From Candidatus Aenigmatarchaeota archaeon (GTDB taxonomy: Archaea > Aenigmatarchaeota > Aenigmatarchaeia > Aenigmatarchaeales > Aenigmatarchaeaceae): a DNA stretch of 48,528 nucleotides. Shown one piece after another: positions 26,858 through 37,060 of this stretch; the first letter of the stretch is position 1, and each line of letters begins with the position of its first letter. Both the position numbers and the translations under genes were made by a program. The stretch is from NCBI GenBank assembly GCA_011773475.1, contig WVXN01000001.1, positions 13,699-62,226 on the forward strand, given 5' to 3'. The notes below the pieces were generated by a model. That model was not told the DNA's origin, ran no database searches, and saw only the letters and a program-made list of their open reading frames with translations.

Positions 26858-27690
26858 ATAACATCGACATCTTTTTCTGTTATAATAGTTTGCTCATATA
26901 TGATCTTAACATTATAGTGACCTTCATTGAGATCTAAATAACCATCAAAAGGAATTGAACCAACGCATGCAATACATATCCCACCCATACTTTTCGAGGT
27001 TATTTCTATTGTTATTTTAGAATCATTCATAGAATAGGATCCTTCTAATTCATGACAAGGATCCGAGGTTATAACAAAGCCGGAAAATGTTATTTTATTA
27101 TTCTCTCCAATTATTTCTGTTGTTCCTTTTTTTTCTTCAGAATAATTTCCAGAATAACAAGTTCCTGTTCCACTGTTGAATGTGAAATTCGTAACATTAG
27201 TTATATTAACTCCTCCTACTCCAGTTGTAGCTGCCCTTTGTTCAGTTGGTGGAGTAGGTGTTGTTGTTTCTTCAGGCATTTTTGTTTCTTCAATTGGTTG
27301 AGTTATTTCTCCTTCTGGAGGAACACTAATTGAAGGCATTGCTCCGACTGTTGCATAAGGTGTATAATTTACATAGTAGAGCATAAATCCAGCAAAAGCA
27401 ACTACGGCAACCAAGCTTAAAACAATAATGAATTGAGCAGGAACTTTAGGTTTTACCAAAGCTGAACCTTTTTTAGTTAAACCATAATAAATCCATTTAT
27501 GTCCTGTCTCCTCTCTTCTAACTAGATTAGCCTCTTCTAACCTATTCAAATGTTCAACAACAGTTGAAGCAGCCAAATTTAACTCTTTAGACAATTCAGA
27601 GGGGGTTTTCCTTCTTTTGCCTAGACTTTTCAATATATCCAATCTTGTGTCTGCTGCTAATGCTTTAAGGGTTTTTCTATCTATCTCCAT
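26854..27690 (-). CDS. Membrane-anchored winged-helix regulator with Pro/Thr linker and Cys-containing extracellular domain
   Basis: DTRLDILKSL..RRKTPSELSKEL..STVVEHL...KWIYY, TM, DPCH...GICIACVG. Confidence 0.85.
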   Translation of the reverse strand: MEIDRKTLKALAADTRLDILKSLGKRRKTPSELSKELNLAASTVVEHLNRLEEANLVRREETGHKWIYYGLTKKGSALVKPKVPAQFIIVLSLVAVVAFAGFMLYYVNYTPYATVGAMPSISVPPEGEITQPIEETKMPEETTTPTPPTEQRAATTGVGGVNITNVTNFTFNSGTGTCYSGNYSEEKKGTTEIIGENNKITFSGFVITSDPCHELEGSYSMNDSKITIEITSKSMGGICIACVGSIPFDGYLDLNEGHYNVKIIYEQTIITEKDVDVI

Positions 27691-27693
27691 AGT

Positions 27694-27710
27694 TTAGAAT
27701 TAAATTCTAA
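27694..27710. promoter_or_regulatory. Inverted repeat next to the regulator start, candidate autoregulatory operator
   Basis: TTAGAAT-taa-ATTCTAA. Confidence 0.4.
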
Positions 27711-27727
27711 TACTTTATAAGCTTTCA

Positions 27728-28255
27728 TTATTGTTCGGTCTCAACCGAATCATCTTCTTTATTAAGGTCTTCAAAAAATTTCTTTGCATCTTCTGGATTT
27801 TCTAAACCAAAATAATTGGCAAATTCTTTGGTTGCAATCAAAGCTTTTGTCCTAGAGTGCTTCATGGTTTTTATTAAACCTCTTTCTTCCAATCTTTTCA
27901 CATACTCATAAGTCCTGTTGCCAATAACTTTAACAATTTCAGCTTGAGTAATTGGTTGTTTGTATGCAACCAGAGCTAAAACTCTTAATAAACCTCTTCC
28001 CAAGTCTCTGTAAGGAGTTAATCTTCTAACAGAAGAAGCAAACTCTGGCTTAACTCTTATTTGATAACCTTTAGAGGTTTCTATAACATGAACACCGTGC
28101 TCTGGTTTTTCAAATTCTCTCTTGAATTCTTCTATTAATTCTTTTATTTTCTCAGGTTCAGTTTTAAACATTTTTGATAATCTTTCTATTGATACAGGCT
28201 TATTAGCCATAAATAAAGCAGCTTCTACTGATGATTTTAGTCTTTCTCCTCTCAT
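27728..28255 (-). CDS. scpB: SMC-Scp complex subunit ScpB
   Basis: VEAALFM, LALVAYKQPITQAEIVKVIG, TKEFANYFGL. Confidence 0.93.
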   Translation of the reverse strand: MRGERLKSSVEAALFMANKPVSIERLSKMFKTEPEKIKELIEEFKREFEKPEHGVHVIETSKGYQIRVKPEFASSVRRLTPYRDLGRGLLRVLALVAYKQPITQAEIVKVIGNRTYEYVKRLEERGLIKTMKHSRTKALIATKEFANYFGLENPEDAKKFFEDLNKEDDSVETEQ

Positions 28256-28271
28256 TTAATCACATAATATA

Positions 28272-28958
28272 TTATTCTCTCAACTTAACTAATATTTCTT
28301 TAAACAATTCTTCTTGATGTAAATGTATTTTCCCATCATGGGACAAATGCAACAAAGGTATCAAAGCCTCTACAATTTCTTTTCGACCCCATCTTTTCAC
28401 AAGTCTAGAAAATTCTATATTATTTATATCCATTAGTGCTTCATTGATTTGTGATAGTAGTTTGTCTATTCTCCGTGTTATGTCTTCCTCTGGAAGGGGG
28501 ACTGCAATTTCAACAGCTCTCTTTACCCTTCTTCTCCTTTCAACCCTTCTATCTTGTACTTGATAAGCCTTTCTTAGAGCATTTATGAGTTCATTTAAAG
28601 TGACGTTCCTTAATGGAATTCTTTTAAGAGGAGGCTGTAATGGTGGAACAGAAGCTAAGATCCTTAACATTTCATCAGGTTCTTTTTCTGATTCAGGAAT
28701 AAATATCTTTTGTTTTTTCTCTATTAGAACATCAGATTTCATTCTCAAAAGAATTGCAGATATTAAAATGAACCTTGCTGGTATTTTCAAGTCTAATTTT
28801 TCTATTTTCTTAACGTATATTAAAAAAGTGTTTGCAAGTCTAATAATATCTATAGACCAAGGATCCATTTGTTCTTCTGCAACTATTTTTACAATTACAT
28901 CTTCCCAGCTTGGCTCAGAAACCATTAAGTCAATTAGTTGTTGATCTGATAACATCAA
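28272..28958 (-). CDS. scpA: Kleisin ScpA
   Basis: MDPWSIDIIRLA, SAILLRMKS, PLLHL, QEELFKEI. Confidence 0.9.
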   Translation of the reverse strand: MMLSDQQLIDLMVSEPSWEDVIVKIVAEEQMDPWSIDIIRLANTFLIYVKKIEKLDLKIPARFILISAILLRMKSDVLIEKKQKIFIPESEKEPDEMLRILASVPPLQPPLKRIPLRNVTLNELINALRKAYQVQDRRVERRRRVKRAVEIAVPLPEEDITRRIDKLLSQINEALMDINNIEFSRLVKRWGRKEIVEALIPLLHLSHDGKIHLHQEELFKEILVKLRE

Positions 28959-29482
28959 AACACCAATTCTTTAATATTTTTGTTATATTTTTCAATATAA
29001 TAACGATAGGATCTGTTATTCAAATTTTTTATTTCAAGTTTTTTACCAATTTGTCTAATTATATCTTCATTTTCGGCTTCTATTTCGCAAAACCATCCTA
29101 TTTTAGGCAATTCGTCAATAACTATCTCAGCACTATCTAAATAATGGGTTTCTCTATTTTTTTCGTATCTAAATATAATATCAAGGCCTAGAAAATTTAG
29201 AATCTTAACTATTTCAACAAAATCTTTAATTTCGGTTTTGGTTTCTTCTCTAATTTTTGTTTTTCCTTCTTCCTTAGAACCTTTGAATTCTAAAATTATT
29301 TTTTCACCGTTTTTTCTTAATCTTAAATATTTATCTTCTTTTTCAAATCTTTTATCTGGAAAATCAAAGAAAATATCAACTACTCTTTTCTTGCCTAAAA
29401 ATTTAGCTCCTACTTCTTTTAATTTTTTCCTTAATTCTTCAGGATTTTCTAACTCTGCTTTCATTTCAATTTCTTTGGACAT
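28955..29482 (-). CDS. CYTH-domain protein (class IV adenylate cyclase-like)
   Basis: EIEMK, LRLR, YEKNRE, FCEIE. Confidence 0.9.
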   Translation of the reverse strand: MSKEIEMKAELENPEELRKKLKEVGAKFLGKKRVVDIFFDFPDKRFEKEDKYLRLRKNGEKIILEFKGSKEEGKTKIREETKTEIKDFVEIVKILNFLGLDIIFRYEKNRETHYLDSAEIVIDELPKIGWFCEIEAENEDIIRQIGKKLEIKNLNNRSYRYYIEKYNKNIKELVF

Positions 29483-29535
29483 TTTTCTCTAGTAAAGCTT
29501 TAATATCAATATCTTATAAATTTATCTAGAGAGTT

Positions 29536-29904
29536 ATGGTTAAGATTTCACAAAAACTTATCACTGTTTTAATTTTAACAGTTTTAATTAGTGGTTGCAC
29601 TGTACAACAGCAAACTATTGAATTGAAAATAGGTGAGACAAAAAACGTTCAAGTAGTTTCACAACCGACTGTTATTAAATTAGTTAAATTAGATGTTTCG
29701 GACCAGAATGCTGATTTTTCTGTATACGATCCTAGAGCTGAAGAGTCGAGTAAATATAATTTTACAATTGAGAGGGGAGGAACAAAATCCATAATGAATA
29801 CTTACAATGAATATACCGACATCACACTGAACGATATCAAAACTGAAAGTGTAGTAATTACTTTAAAGAAAGGTAAACCAAGTGGTGGAGGCGAACCTGA
29901 TTGA
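29536..29904 (+). CDS. Putative lipoprotein
   Basis: LISGC lipobox after a signal peptide. Confidence 0.7.
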   Translation: MVKISQKLITVLILTVLISGCTVQQQTIELKIGETKNVQVVSQPTVIKLVKLDVSDQNADFSVYDPRAEESSKYNFTIERGGTKSIMNTYNEYTDITLNDIKTESVVITLKKGKPSGGGEPD

Positions 29905-29914
29905 GAGAGATATT

Positions 29915-31231
29915 ATGAAAAGAAGAAGAGTCATAATAATGGGAGCTCAAGGTAGAGACTACCATAATTTTAATGTTTTCTTTAGAAAAAACAGAAAATA
30001 TGAGGTTGTGGCTTTCACAGTCGCACAAATTCAAATGAAGAATAGAATTTATCCGAAAATATTAGCAGGAAAATTGTATCCTAAAGGAATTCCAATTTTT
30101 CCTGAAAAATCTTTACTTAATTTAATTGAAAAATATAAAGTGGATGAAGTTGTTTTAGCATACTCAGATCTATCTCACGAAGAAGTCATGCAGAAAGCTT
30201 CTCTTGTTTTATCTTGCGGTGCTGATTTTAAACTAATGGGACCAAAACAAACTATGTTAGAATCGAAAAAACCTGTAATAGCTGTTACTGGTGTTAGAAC
30301 TGGAGCTGGGAAAAGTCCTACATCAAGAAAAATTTGCAGAATATTAAAATCAAGAGGAATCAATTTTGTTGTTGTAAGGCATCCTATGCCTTATGGAAAA
30401 TTGGAGGAAATGATAGTTCAAAGGTTTTCCATTAAAACTGATTTGGAAAAATATAATTCTACAATTGAGGAAAGAGAAGAATACGAGCCTCATTTAGAAG
30501 AAGGCAATATTGTTTACGCTGGTGTTGATTTTGAAAAAATATTAAAGCAAGCTGAAAGAGAAGCTGATTTAATAGTCTGGGACGGAGGAAATAATGATTT
30601 GCCTTTTATTAAACCTGATTTGCATATTGTAGTTGCTGATGCAAGAAGACCTGATCATGAACTATTGTATTATCCTGGGGAAACTAATGTTAGAATGGCT
30701 GATGCTGTAATAGTTAATAAAGTTGGCACTGCCAATCAAATGCATGTCCAAAGAGTTATTGATAATGTTAAATCAATAAACAAAAAAGCTGTTATCATAA
30801 AAGCTGCGATGGATAGATTTGTTGATAGGCCCGAATTAGTAAGAGGAAAAAGAGTTTTGATTGTAGAAGATGGACCTACTCTAACTCACGGTGGTCTGGG
30901 TTTTGGTGCAGCAACAATTGAAGCTAAAAATTTAGGAGCTTTTATAATCAGTCCCAGAAGTAAGGCTGTTGGATCAATAAAAGATATTTTTGTTAAGTAT
31001 CCTCATTTAGGAACAGTTTTACCTGCAATGGGTTATTCTAGAAAGCAAATGGAAGAATTACAAGAAACCATAAACAGTGTGGAATGTGACAGTGTTTTGA
31101 TTGGAACTCCTGTTGATTTGAGAAATCTTCTTAATATCAATAAACCAGCTGCCAGAGTTAGATACGAGATAAGGGAAATTGGAAAACCTGATTTAGATGA
31201 TGTATTAAAAAGATTCTTAAGAAAGATTTAA
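29915..31231 (+). CDS. Cyclic 2,3-diphosphoglycerate synthetase / arginine synthetase (ArcE)-family P-loop ligase
   Basis: GRDYHNFN, RTGAGKS, RHPMPYG, EEREEYE, WDGGNND, EDGPTLTHGG, LPAMGY. Confidence 0.8.
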   Translation: MKRRRVIIMGAQGRDYHNFNVFFRKNRKYEVVAFTVAQIQMKNRIYPKILAGKLYPKGIPIFPEKSLLNLIEKYKVDEVVLAYSDLSHEEVMQKASLVLSCGADFKLMGPKQTMLESKKPVIAVTGVRTGAGKSPTSRKICRILKSRGINFVVVRHPMPYGKLEEMIVQRFSIKTDLEKYNSTIEEREEYEPHLEEGNIVYAGVDFEKILKQAEREADLIVWDGGNNDLPFIKPDLHIVVADARRPDHELLYYPGETNVRMADAVIVNKVGTANQMHVQRVIDNVKSINKKAVIIKAAMDRFVDRPELVRGKRVLIVEDGPTLTHGGLGFGAATIEAKNLGAFIISPRSKAVGSIKDIFVKYPHLGTVLPAMGYSRKQMEELQETINSVECDSVLIGTPVDLRNLLNINKPAARVRYEIREIGKPDLDDVLKRFLRKI

Positions 31232-31264
31232 ATAGTTTATTTTTTAATACTGTTTAGTGATAAC

Positions 31265-31828
31265 ATGTCTAGTATAGCGGCCCAATATATAATTGATAAT
31301 GAGCAAGAGAAAGGTCGTTATGTAAGATTAGGAAGGAGAGGAATTATTACAGGAATAGTTAATGTAAGTAGAGAGATATTGAGGTTTCCTTATCCAACAT
31401 CAGAAACAGAAGAAGTGGATTTACAAGAAATAATTGAAAATGAATTTTTAGAAGAACCTGAAAAAATAGAAAGAAGAGAAATTGATGGTAAAGAAACAGG
31501 AGAAATAGAAATGCTTAAAGTAGATATCATAGTTCCCTATCTTTCTGAAAAAGGTAAGAGCAGATTGTTAAACGCTACATCAGATCAAGGTTTGGATTTA
31601 GATGTTAAATGTATTGAACGAGACGAAGTTAAAAAATATCTTCTTCCAGGAGAGAATTTTGTAACCACAAACAGCGGAAAATTAAAAAAAATTAGAGTGA
31701 CAGGAGTTCAAACAGACTATACAGATCTCCCTATATTAACTCAAATAGATACGATATTAGGTTTTCCAGATTGTTTTGCAGAAAAACTTAACTCATTTGT
31801 TAAAATGGAGAAGAAATCGGAAAATTAA
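31265..31828 (+). CDS. Hypothetical protein
   Basis: 187-aa ORF with GTGAT SD. Confidence 0.6.
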   Translation: MSSIAAQYIIDNEQEKGRYVRLGRRGIITGIVNVSREILRFPYPTSETEEVDLQEIIENEFLEEPEKIERREIDGKETGEIEMLKVDIIVPYLSEKGKSRLLNATSDQGLDLDVKCIERDEVKKYLLPGENFVTTNSGKLKKIRVTGVQTDYTDLPILTQIDTILGFPDCFAEKLNSFVKMEKKSEN

Positions 31829-34306
31829 TTAACTAGGCATTCTTATTCCAACTAATTTAGATTCGCCTTCTTCCATGCTAACTCCATAAACACAATCAGC
31901 TTCTTGGATTGTAGCCTCATTGTGAGTAATCACAATAAATTGGGAATTAGTAGAGTATTTCTTAATTAGTTCAACTGTCTTCTTTGTATTAGGCCTATCC
32001 AATGCTGCATCAATCTCATCAAGAACATAAAATGGAGCTGGTCTGAATCTTTGAATAGCAAATAAGAAAGCTAAAGCAGTTAAAGTCTTTTCACCTCCAG
32101 ACATTGCATCAATATTCATTAGTTTTTTTCCTTTGGTGCTAGCTTCTATTAACAATCCACTATCCAAACCTCCTAAAAGCCTTAAATCAGCCTCTCCTTT
32201 CATCAAGTCCTTGAAAACAATCTTAAACTCTTCTCTAACACCTTCCAAAGTTTTCATGAAAACCTCTTTTCTTTTTCCCTCTATATCAGCTATTACTTCC
32301 AATATCTTATTCCTCTCTTCAGTCAATTTATCAACCTTTTCTTTTAATTCATCGTAAACAATTTTTTGTTCTCCATATTCTTCCAAGGCTTTCATGTTTA
32401 TTGCTCCAAGAACATTGATTTTATCCATTGTTTCTTTAATCTTGATTTCTAAAGCTCTTGCAGAAATTTGATAGGTTTCTGTTTTCTTATAGTTTTCAAA
32501 TTCTAGTTTTAGATTTTCCAATTCAGCCTCAAATCTTGCTTTTCTAATTCTTAGATTGTTTATCTGCTCTTGATAAGACATTTTTTCTTCAAATAGTCTC
32601 TTTCTTTTGTTTGTTAGTGATTCAAACCTTTCTTCAAGTTTTCCTCTTTCTTTTTGCATTTCTATTAGTTCTTTACTTTCTGTTTTCTCCTTTGTTGTAA
32701 ATTGCTCTAATTCTTTTTCTAATTTTATTATCTCATTCTCCGATTCTTCTATTTCTTTTTGAAGCTGAATTTTATGAGAAGAATATTTTTCTATTTCCTC
32801 TCTTCCAATAAATGCTTTTTTTCTTGTGTAATAACCTCCTATAATAGCTCCTGACTTTTCTATTAGATCTCCGTCCAAAGTAACAAACCTTGCGTTTCCA
32901 ATACCAAGTCTCTTGGCTGTTGAAATATCATCAACAATTAAAGTGTTACCAAAAACAAAAGAAAAAGCATTGTAGTATTTGTTATCAAATTCTATCAAGT
33001 CTAGAGCTATTCCAACTACTCCGTCCTCAAAAGCAAATTTTTTCAATTTTTTACTGTCTTTAGGTTTTATCTTATCCAAAGGAAGGAATCTTGCTCTTCC
33101 TATTCTGTTTTTCTTTAAATATCTAACACATTCTATTGCAACATCTTTGTCAGAAACAATTATATCATTTAAATGAGGGCCTGCTGCAACCTCAATTGCT
33201 TTTTCATGTTTTTTAGAAACCCTTGACAAAGAAGCCATTGTTCCATAAACACCTGTCCAGCCTAAACTTAGAACATCTTTAACTGCCTTGCTAACAGAGC
33301 CTTCTAGTTCTTTTTGTTTTAAGAATTCCAGTCTTTTTATTATGTCATTTGTTCTTCCAATTTGACTTTTATTCATTTCAATTTTGTCTTTTTTCCTTCT
33401 AATCTCAGCTTTTATTCTCTCCACTTCTTTTATTATTGCAATGTCCTTTGTTCTATCAAAAAGTCTTTTAGCAATTTTATTCTTCTTATTTTCAATATTA
33501 TCCAGTTCATTGTCAATTTTCTCTAACTCTTTGTCAATTTCTCCAGATTTTATTTTTTCTATTTTATCATCAAGTCTTTTTATTGATTTTTCAGCAGATT
33601 CTAATTTTACTTTTGCTAATGATGCTCTCGACTTGTCCAAATCAGCAGTTAATTTCTGATACTTCTCAGCAGATTTTTTCTCGTCTTCTAGTCTTTCTAA
33701 ATTTGCTCTTTTTTCATTCAGAATTATATGGGATTCTTTAATTCTTTCCTCAACTGTTAAGAGTTCTCTCTGTGCTTTATTTCTTTTTTCATCAAATTCT
33801 CTGAGCCCTGATATATCATCAATTATTTCTCTTCTTTCTATTGGGCTCATCTCTATTACTTCTGTAACATCTCCTTGTAGAATTATGTTATGACCATCAG
33901 GCTTGATCAAAGCTGGTCTTAAGATCTCCTGAACCGTTTCTCTTGTTACTGTTCTTCCATTGAGTTTGTAAATAGAAATTCCTTTTTTATTTATTCTTCT
34001 AGAAATAGATATTTTATCATCCTCAAAGGGAAACACTTTTGCAGCATTATCAAACCAAAGAGTAATTTTAGCAAAATCTGATGGTGATCTTTTTTTTGTT
34101 CCATGGAATATCATTTCTAACATTCTGTCTGCTCTTAAACTTTTTGCAGAAGTTCTTCCTAAAACAAAACAAAGCGCATCTAAGATATTTGATTTTCCGC
34201 TCCCATTTGGACCACAAACTACAGAAAAATTGCTAGGAAAAGATAAAAAAGTCTTTTTAGGAAAGGACTTAAAACCTTGAATCTCAATTTTTTCTATTCT
34301 TGTCAT
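31829..34306 (-). CDS. smc: Chromosome segregation protein SMC (short-arm variant)
   Basis: GFKSF, GPNGSGKSN, hinge GVYG...GRARFLPL...VTLDGD..GGYY, MSGGEK, LDEIDAALD, QFIVITH. Confidence 0.95.
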   Translation of the reverse strand: MTRIEKIEIQGFKSFPKKTFLSFPSNFSVVCGPNGSGKSNILDALCFVLGRTSAKSLRADRMLEMIFHGTKKRSPSDFAKITLWFDNAAKVFPFEDDKISISRRINKKGISIYKLNGRTVTRETVQEILRPALIKPDGHNIILQGDVTEVIEMSPIERREIIDDISGLREFDEKRNKAQRELLTVEERIKESHIILNEKRANLERLEDEKKSAEKYQKLTADLDKSRASLAKVKLESAEKSIKRLDDKIEKIKSGEIDKELEKIDNELDNIENKKNKIAKRLFDRTKDIAIIKEVERIKAEIRRKKDKIEMNKSQIGRTNDIIKRLEFLKQKELEGSVSKAVKDVLSLGWTGVYGTMASLSRVSKKHEKAIEVAAGPHLNDIIVSDKDVAIECVRYLKKNRIGRARFLPLDKIKPKDSKKLKKFAFEDGVVGIALDLIEFDNKYYNAFSFVFGNTLIVDDISTAKRLGIGNARFVTLDGDLIEKSGAIIGGYYTRKKAFIGREEIEKYSSHKIQLQKEIEESENEIIKLEKELEQFTTKEKTESKELIEMQKERGKLEERFESLTNKRKRLFEEKMSYQEQINNLRIRKARFEAELENLKLEFENYKKTETYQISARALEIKIKETMDKINVLGAINMKALEEYGEQKIVYDELKEKVDKLTEERNKILEVIADIEGKRKEVFMKTLEGVREEFKIVFKDLMKGEADLRLLGGLDSGLLIEASTKGKKLMNIDAMSGGEKTLTALAFLFAIQRFRPAPFYVLDEIDAALDRPNTKKTVELIKKYSTNSQFIVITHNEATIQEADCVYGVSMEEGESKLVGIRMPS

Positions 34307-34380
34307 TAACACACTAAAATTATTTAGACTTACTTATTTATTTAGTTAATAATATATGCTCAAATTTTATATTGTTTTAT

Positions 34381-35457
34381 ATGAAAGCAATATCTGCTAT
34401 TATAGTTATCATATTAGTTCTAATGATAGTGGTTGCTCTAGCTGCTTTGTCTTATACATTCTTTTCAGGAATATTTACATCAACAACAACCACAACTGAG
34501 GAATCAATAGAAAAGACAACTACAAGTCTCTTAGCTCAGATGAAAATAGAAGGTGCATCTAATAATAATATTTATGTAAGAAATACTGGGCAAACAGACA
34601 TTTCAGACTTATCTGTTTATATCGATGATGAACTAGTAGAAGTTACAATGGTTCCTCCGACTATAGGACCTGGAGAAGTTGGAACAGTAAATATAGAAGA
34701 GTTTGTAGGAAAAAGAGAGGTTGATGTAAAGATAACAACAAGCCAAGGATCTGTTACATTTACAGAAAAACTTGAAGAAATGACTTTTTGTGATAATCCT
34801 GATGTTGTTTTGTGTTTAACATTTGATGAAGGATCTGGAACTGTTGCTTATGATAGTTCGCCGTCTGGAAACGATGGTGAATTAAAGAACTATACAGGGT
34901 CTTGTGGCGGAACTGCTTGCCCTGTATGGGTTAGCGGAAAGTATGGTCATGCTTTAGAGTTTGATGGAATAGGTGATTATGTTGAAGTTCAACATCATGA
35001 AAGTTTAAATCTTAGTACTGATGATTTTACAATGATGGCTTGGTTTAAAGCTGAGAATGATGCTAGTATTGAGCAACCAGATATCATAGGAAAATGGTAT
35101 GGGACTAATCCTGGTTATTATTTTTGGGTGGATAATCAAGGAAACTTAGGAATTGATTTTTTTAATGGCAATAGTACTTCCATATATTCTCTTGAACAGG
35201 TTAATGATACTACTTGGCATCATGGAGTAGTGACTAGAAATGGCATAACATTTAGACTTTATCTTAATGGAGAAATAGCAGGTGAAACCTCTTCCGTTAC
35301 TACCATAAATGCAGATAATACTTTCACTCTGCATATAGGTGGCGACAACTTAGACAATGATTACTATTTCCATGGTTTTATTGATGAAGTCATAATCTTA
35401 AACAGATCACTAACAGCAGCAGAAATAGCAGAAATTTATAATAGTTATAATTTATAA
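34381..35457 (+). CDS. Archaeal type IV pilin-like protein with LamG/concanavalin domain
   Basis: Class III signal MKA/ISAIIVIIL; FDEGSGTVAYDSS, ALEFDG, WHH, FHGFIDEVIILNRSL. Confidence 0.85.
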   Translation: MKAISAIIVIILVLMIVVALAALSYTFFSGIFTSTTTTTEESIEKTTTSLLAQMKIEGASNNNIYVRNTGQTDISDLSVYIDDELVEVTMVPPTIGPGEVGTVNIEEFVGKREVDVKITTSQGSVTFTEKLEEMTFCDNPDVVLCLTFDEGSGTVAYDSSPSGNDGELKNYTGSCGGTACPVWVSGKYGHALEFDGIGDYVEVQHHESLNLSTDDFTMMAWFKAENDASIEQPDIIGKWYGTNPGYYFWVDNQGNLGIDFFNGNSTSIYSLEQVNDTTWHHGVVTRNGITFRLYLNGEIAGETSSVTTINADNTFTLHIGGDNLDNDYYFHGFIDEVIILNRSLTAAEIAEIYNSYNL

Positions 35458-36621
35458 CAAATGTTTAGCTAAAGAAATAAGATGTGGTTTTCTCATAAGA
35501 ACTTTTGCAAAAACAGAAAGTTTTGAACCTCTAGTAAATTCTATAACATCTGAAGGTTCTAATAATCCTAATAAATCATTTAAATCCTTATCAGATAGCT
35601 TTTCAACAACTTCTCTTAGTTTTTCAATTTTTCTCATTTTGTTCCCTCTTTTTTCCCACCACAAACCATTGAATTTTGATAAAGCTTTTTTAGAAACATC
35701 ATTTTTCTTTAAACATTCTGAAATAATATCTGCTGCCAACTGCCCAGAAACAACAGCCTCCTTTATTCCACCACCGTGTATGGGGTTGACATGATGAGCA
35801 GCTTCTCCGCAAACCAAGAATCCATTAGCAACCATGTCTTTTTCCATTCCTCCAACAGGAACACAACCAGCATTAACTTCTATTATTGACCCTTTCTTGA
35901 TTTGAGGATGGGAATCAAGAAAATTCTCTAAATAAAATTTTGCAGTTTTTTCTCCAGGTACTATTCCGACTCCCACATTAGCTCTGTCCTTTCCTTTAGG
36001 AAAGACCCAACAATAACCACGCTTGGCTATCTCGTTTCCCAGATAAATATCAATGAGTTCTGGATCAATATCTATTCCAGACATTTCATATTGTAAACAA
36101 GAATCAATAAGATGTGGTCTAGAAAAGATATTCAATGCTTGCTTTCTTAGAGGAGATTCTGCTCCAGTTGCACAAACAATCATTTTTGCTTTTTCCTCGA
36201 ATTTTTCTCCAAGAAATTCTCCTTTAACACCAACAAAATAACCATTATTTTCTATTAAATTTGAAATAAACGAATTTGCTTGAATATCTACTCCAGCCTT
36301 TACAGCCCTTTCTGCTAACCACTTATCAAAAACCTTTCTCTCAAGAATAAAGCCTCCGTGACTTAAAACAATTTCAAGATATTTTCCATTTGGAGAATAA
36401 ACTCTACAACCCTTAATTTTTTGTGCAATACATCTGTCAGGAATTTTTCCTATTAATTCCTGTGTACCTTCGCTCAAGCCTTCTCCACATCTTTTTGGGG
36501 AGCCTATTTCTTGCCTTCTGTCAAAGATTTTTACTGAAAATCCGCTTTCTACTAGTTTTTTTCCACAAGCAGTCCCTGCTGGACCTGCTCCTATAACTAT
36601 TACATCCCACATATTACTCAT
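35452..36621 (-). CDS. Digeranylgeranylglycerophospholipid reductase (GGR family)
   Basis: GAGPAG, PKRCGEG, YCWVFPKG, GEAAHHVNPIHGGGI. Confidence 0.9.
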   Translation of the reverse strand: MSNMWDVIVIGAGPAGTACGKKLVESGFSVKIFDRRQEIGSPKRCGEGLSEGTQELIGKIPDRCIAQKIKGCRVYSPNGKYLEIVLSHGGFILERKVFDKWLAERAVKAGVDIQANSFISNLIENNGYFVGVKGEFLGEKFEEKAKMIVCATGAESPLRKQALNIFSRPHLIDSCLQYEMSGIDIDPELIDIYLGNEIAKRGYCWVFPKGKDRANVGVGIVPGEKTAKFYLENFLDSHPQIKKGSIIEVNAGCVPVGGMEKDMVANGFLVCGEAAHHVNPIHGGGIKEAVVSGQLAADIISECLKKNDVSKKALSKFNGLWWEKRGNKMRKIEKLREVVEKLSDKDLNDLLGLLEPSDVIEFTRGSKLSVFAKVLMRKPHLISLAKHLL

Positions 36622-36880
36622 TCTTCTCTCTTCTCTTAACTATTAAATCATAAAATCCAATTACTATAATTATAAAAATATAACAAATGAAAAAATAATA
36701 AAAAAACAAAAAAACTAATGGAGATATTTCACCAAAATATTTTGAAAAAAGAGTTATGAATAAATTATATGGAATTACTTCTACTTGAAATTCTATGAAA
36801 AGAGCTAAAAGAAAGACAGATAATAATAAAGCTGAAAATAATTTTCTACCATCATAAAAAAAATCTACTATATCAGTCAT
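36614..36880 (-). CDS. Small 2-TM membrane protein
   Basis: Overlaps neighbours operon-style; hydrophobic. Confidence 0.6.
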   Translation of the reverse strand: MTDIVDFFYDGRKLFSALLLSVFLLALFIEFQVEVIPYNLFITLFSKYFGEISPLVFLFFYYFFICYIFIIIVIGFYDLIVKRREKNE

Positions 36881-37050
36881 TTTTCCACCTTAATTGATTT
36901 TACAGGACAAACTCTTTCGCAAATACCACATAAATTACACAATTTTTCATCAAAGATTATGTGTTCCTTTAATTCTAGCGCTCCGAATGGACATACTGAA
37001 ACGCATCCTCCGCAACGAATGCATTTCTTATTATTTATATTCCAGGACAT
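36877..37050 (-). CDS. 2[4Fe-4S] ferredoxin (missing from ORF track)
   Basis: MSWNINNKKCIRCGGCVSVCPFGAL...CNLCGICERVCPVKSI; two CxxCxxCxxxCP motifs. Confidence 0.92.
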   Translation of the reverse strand: MSWNINNKKCIRCGGCVSVCPFGALELKEHIIFDEKLCNLCGICERVCPVKSIKVEK

Positions 37051-37060
37051 TATATCAACT

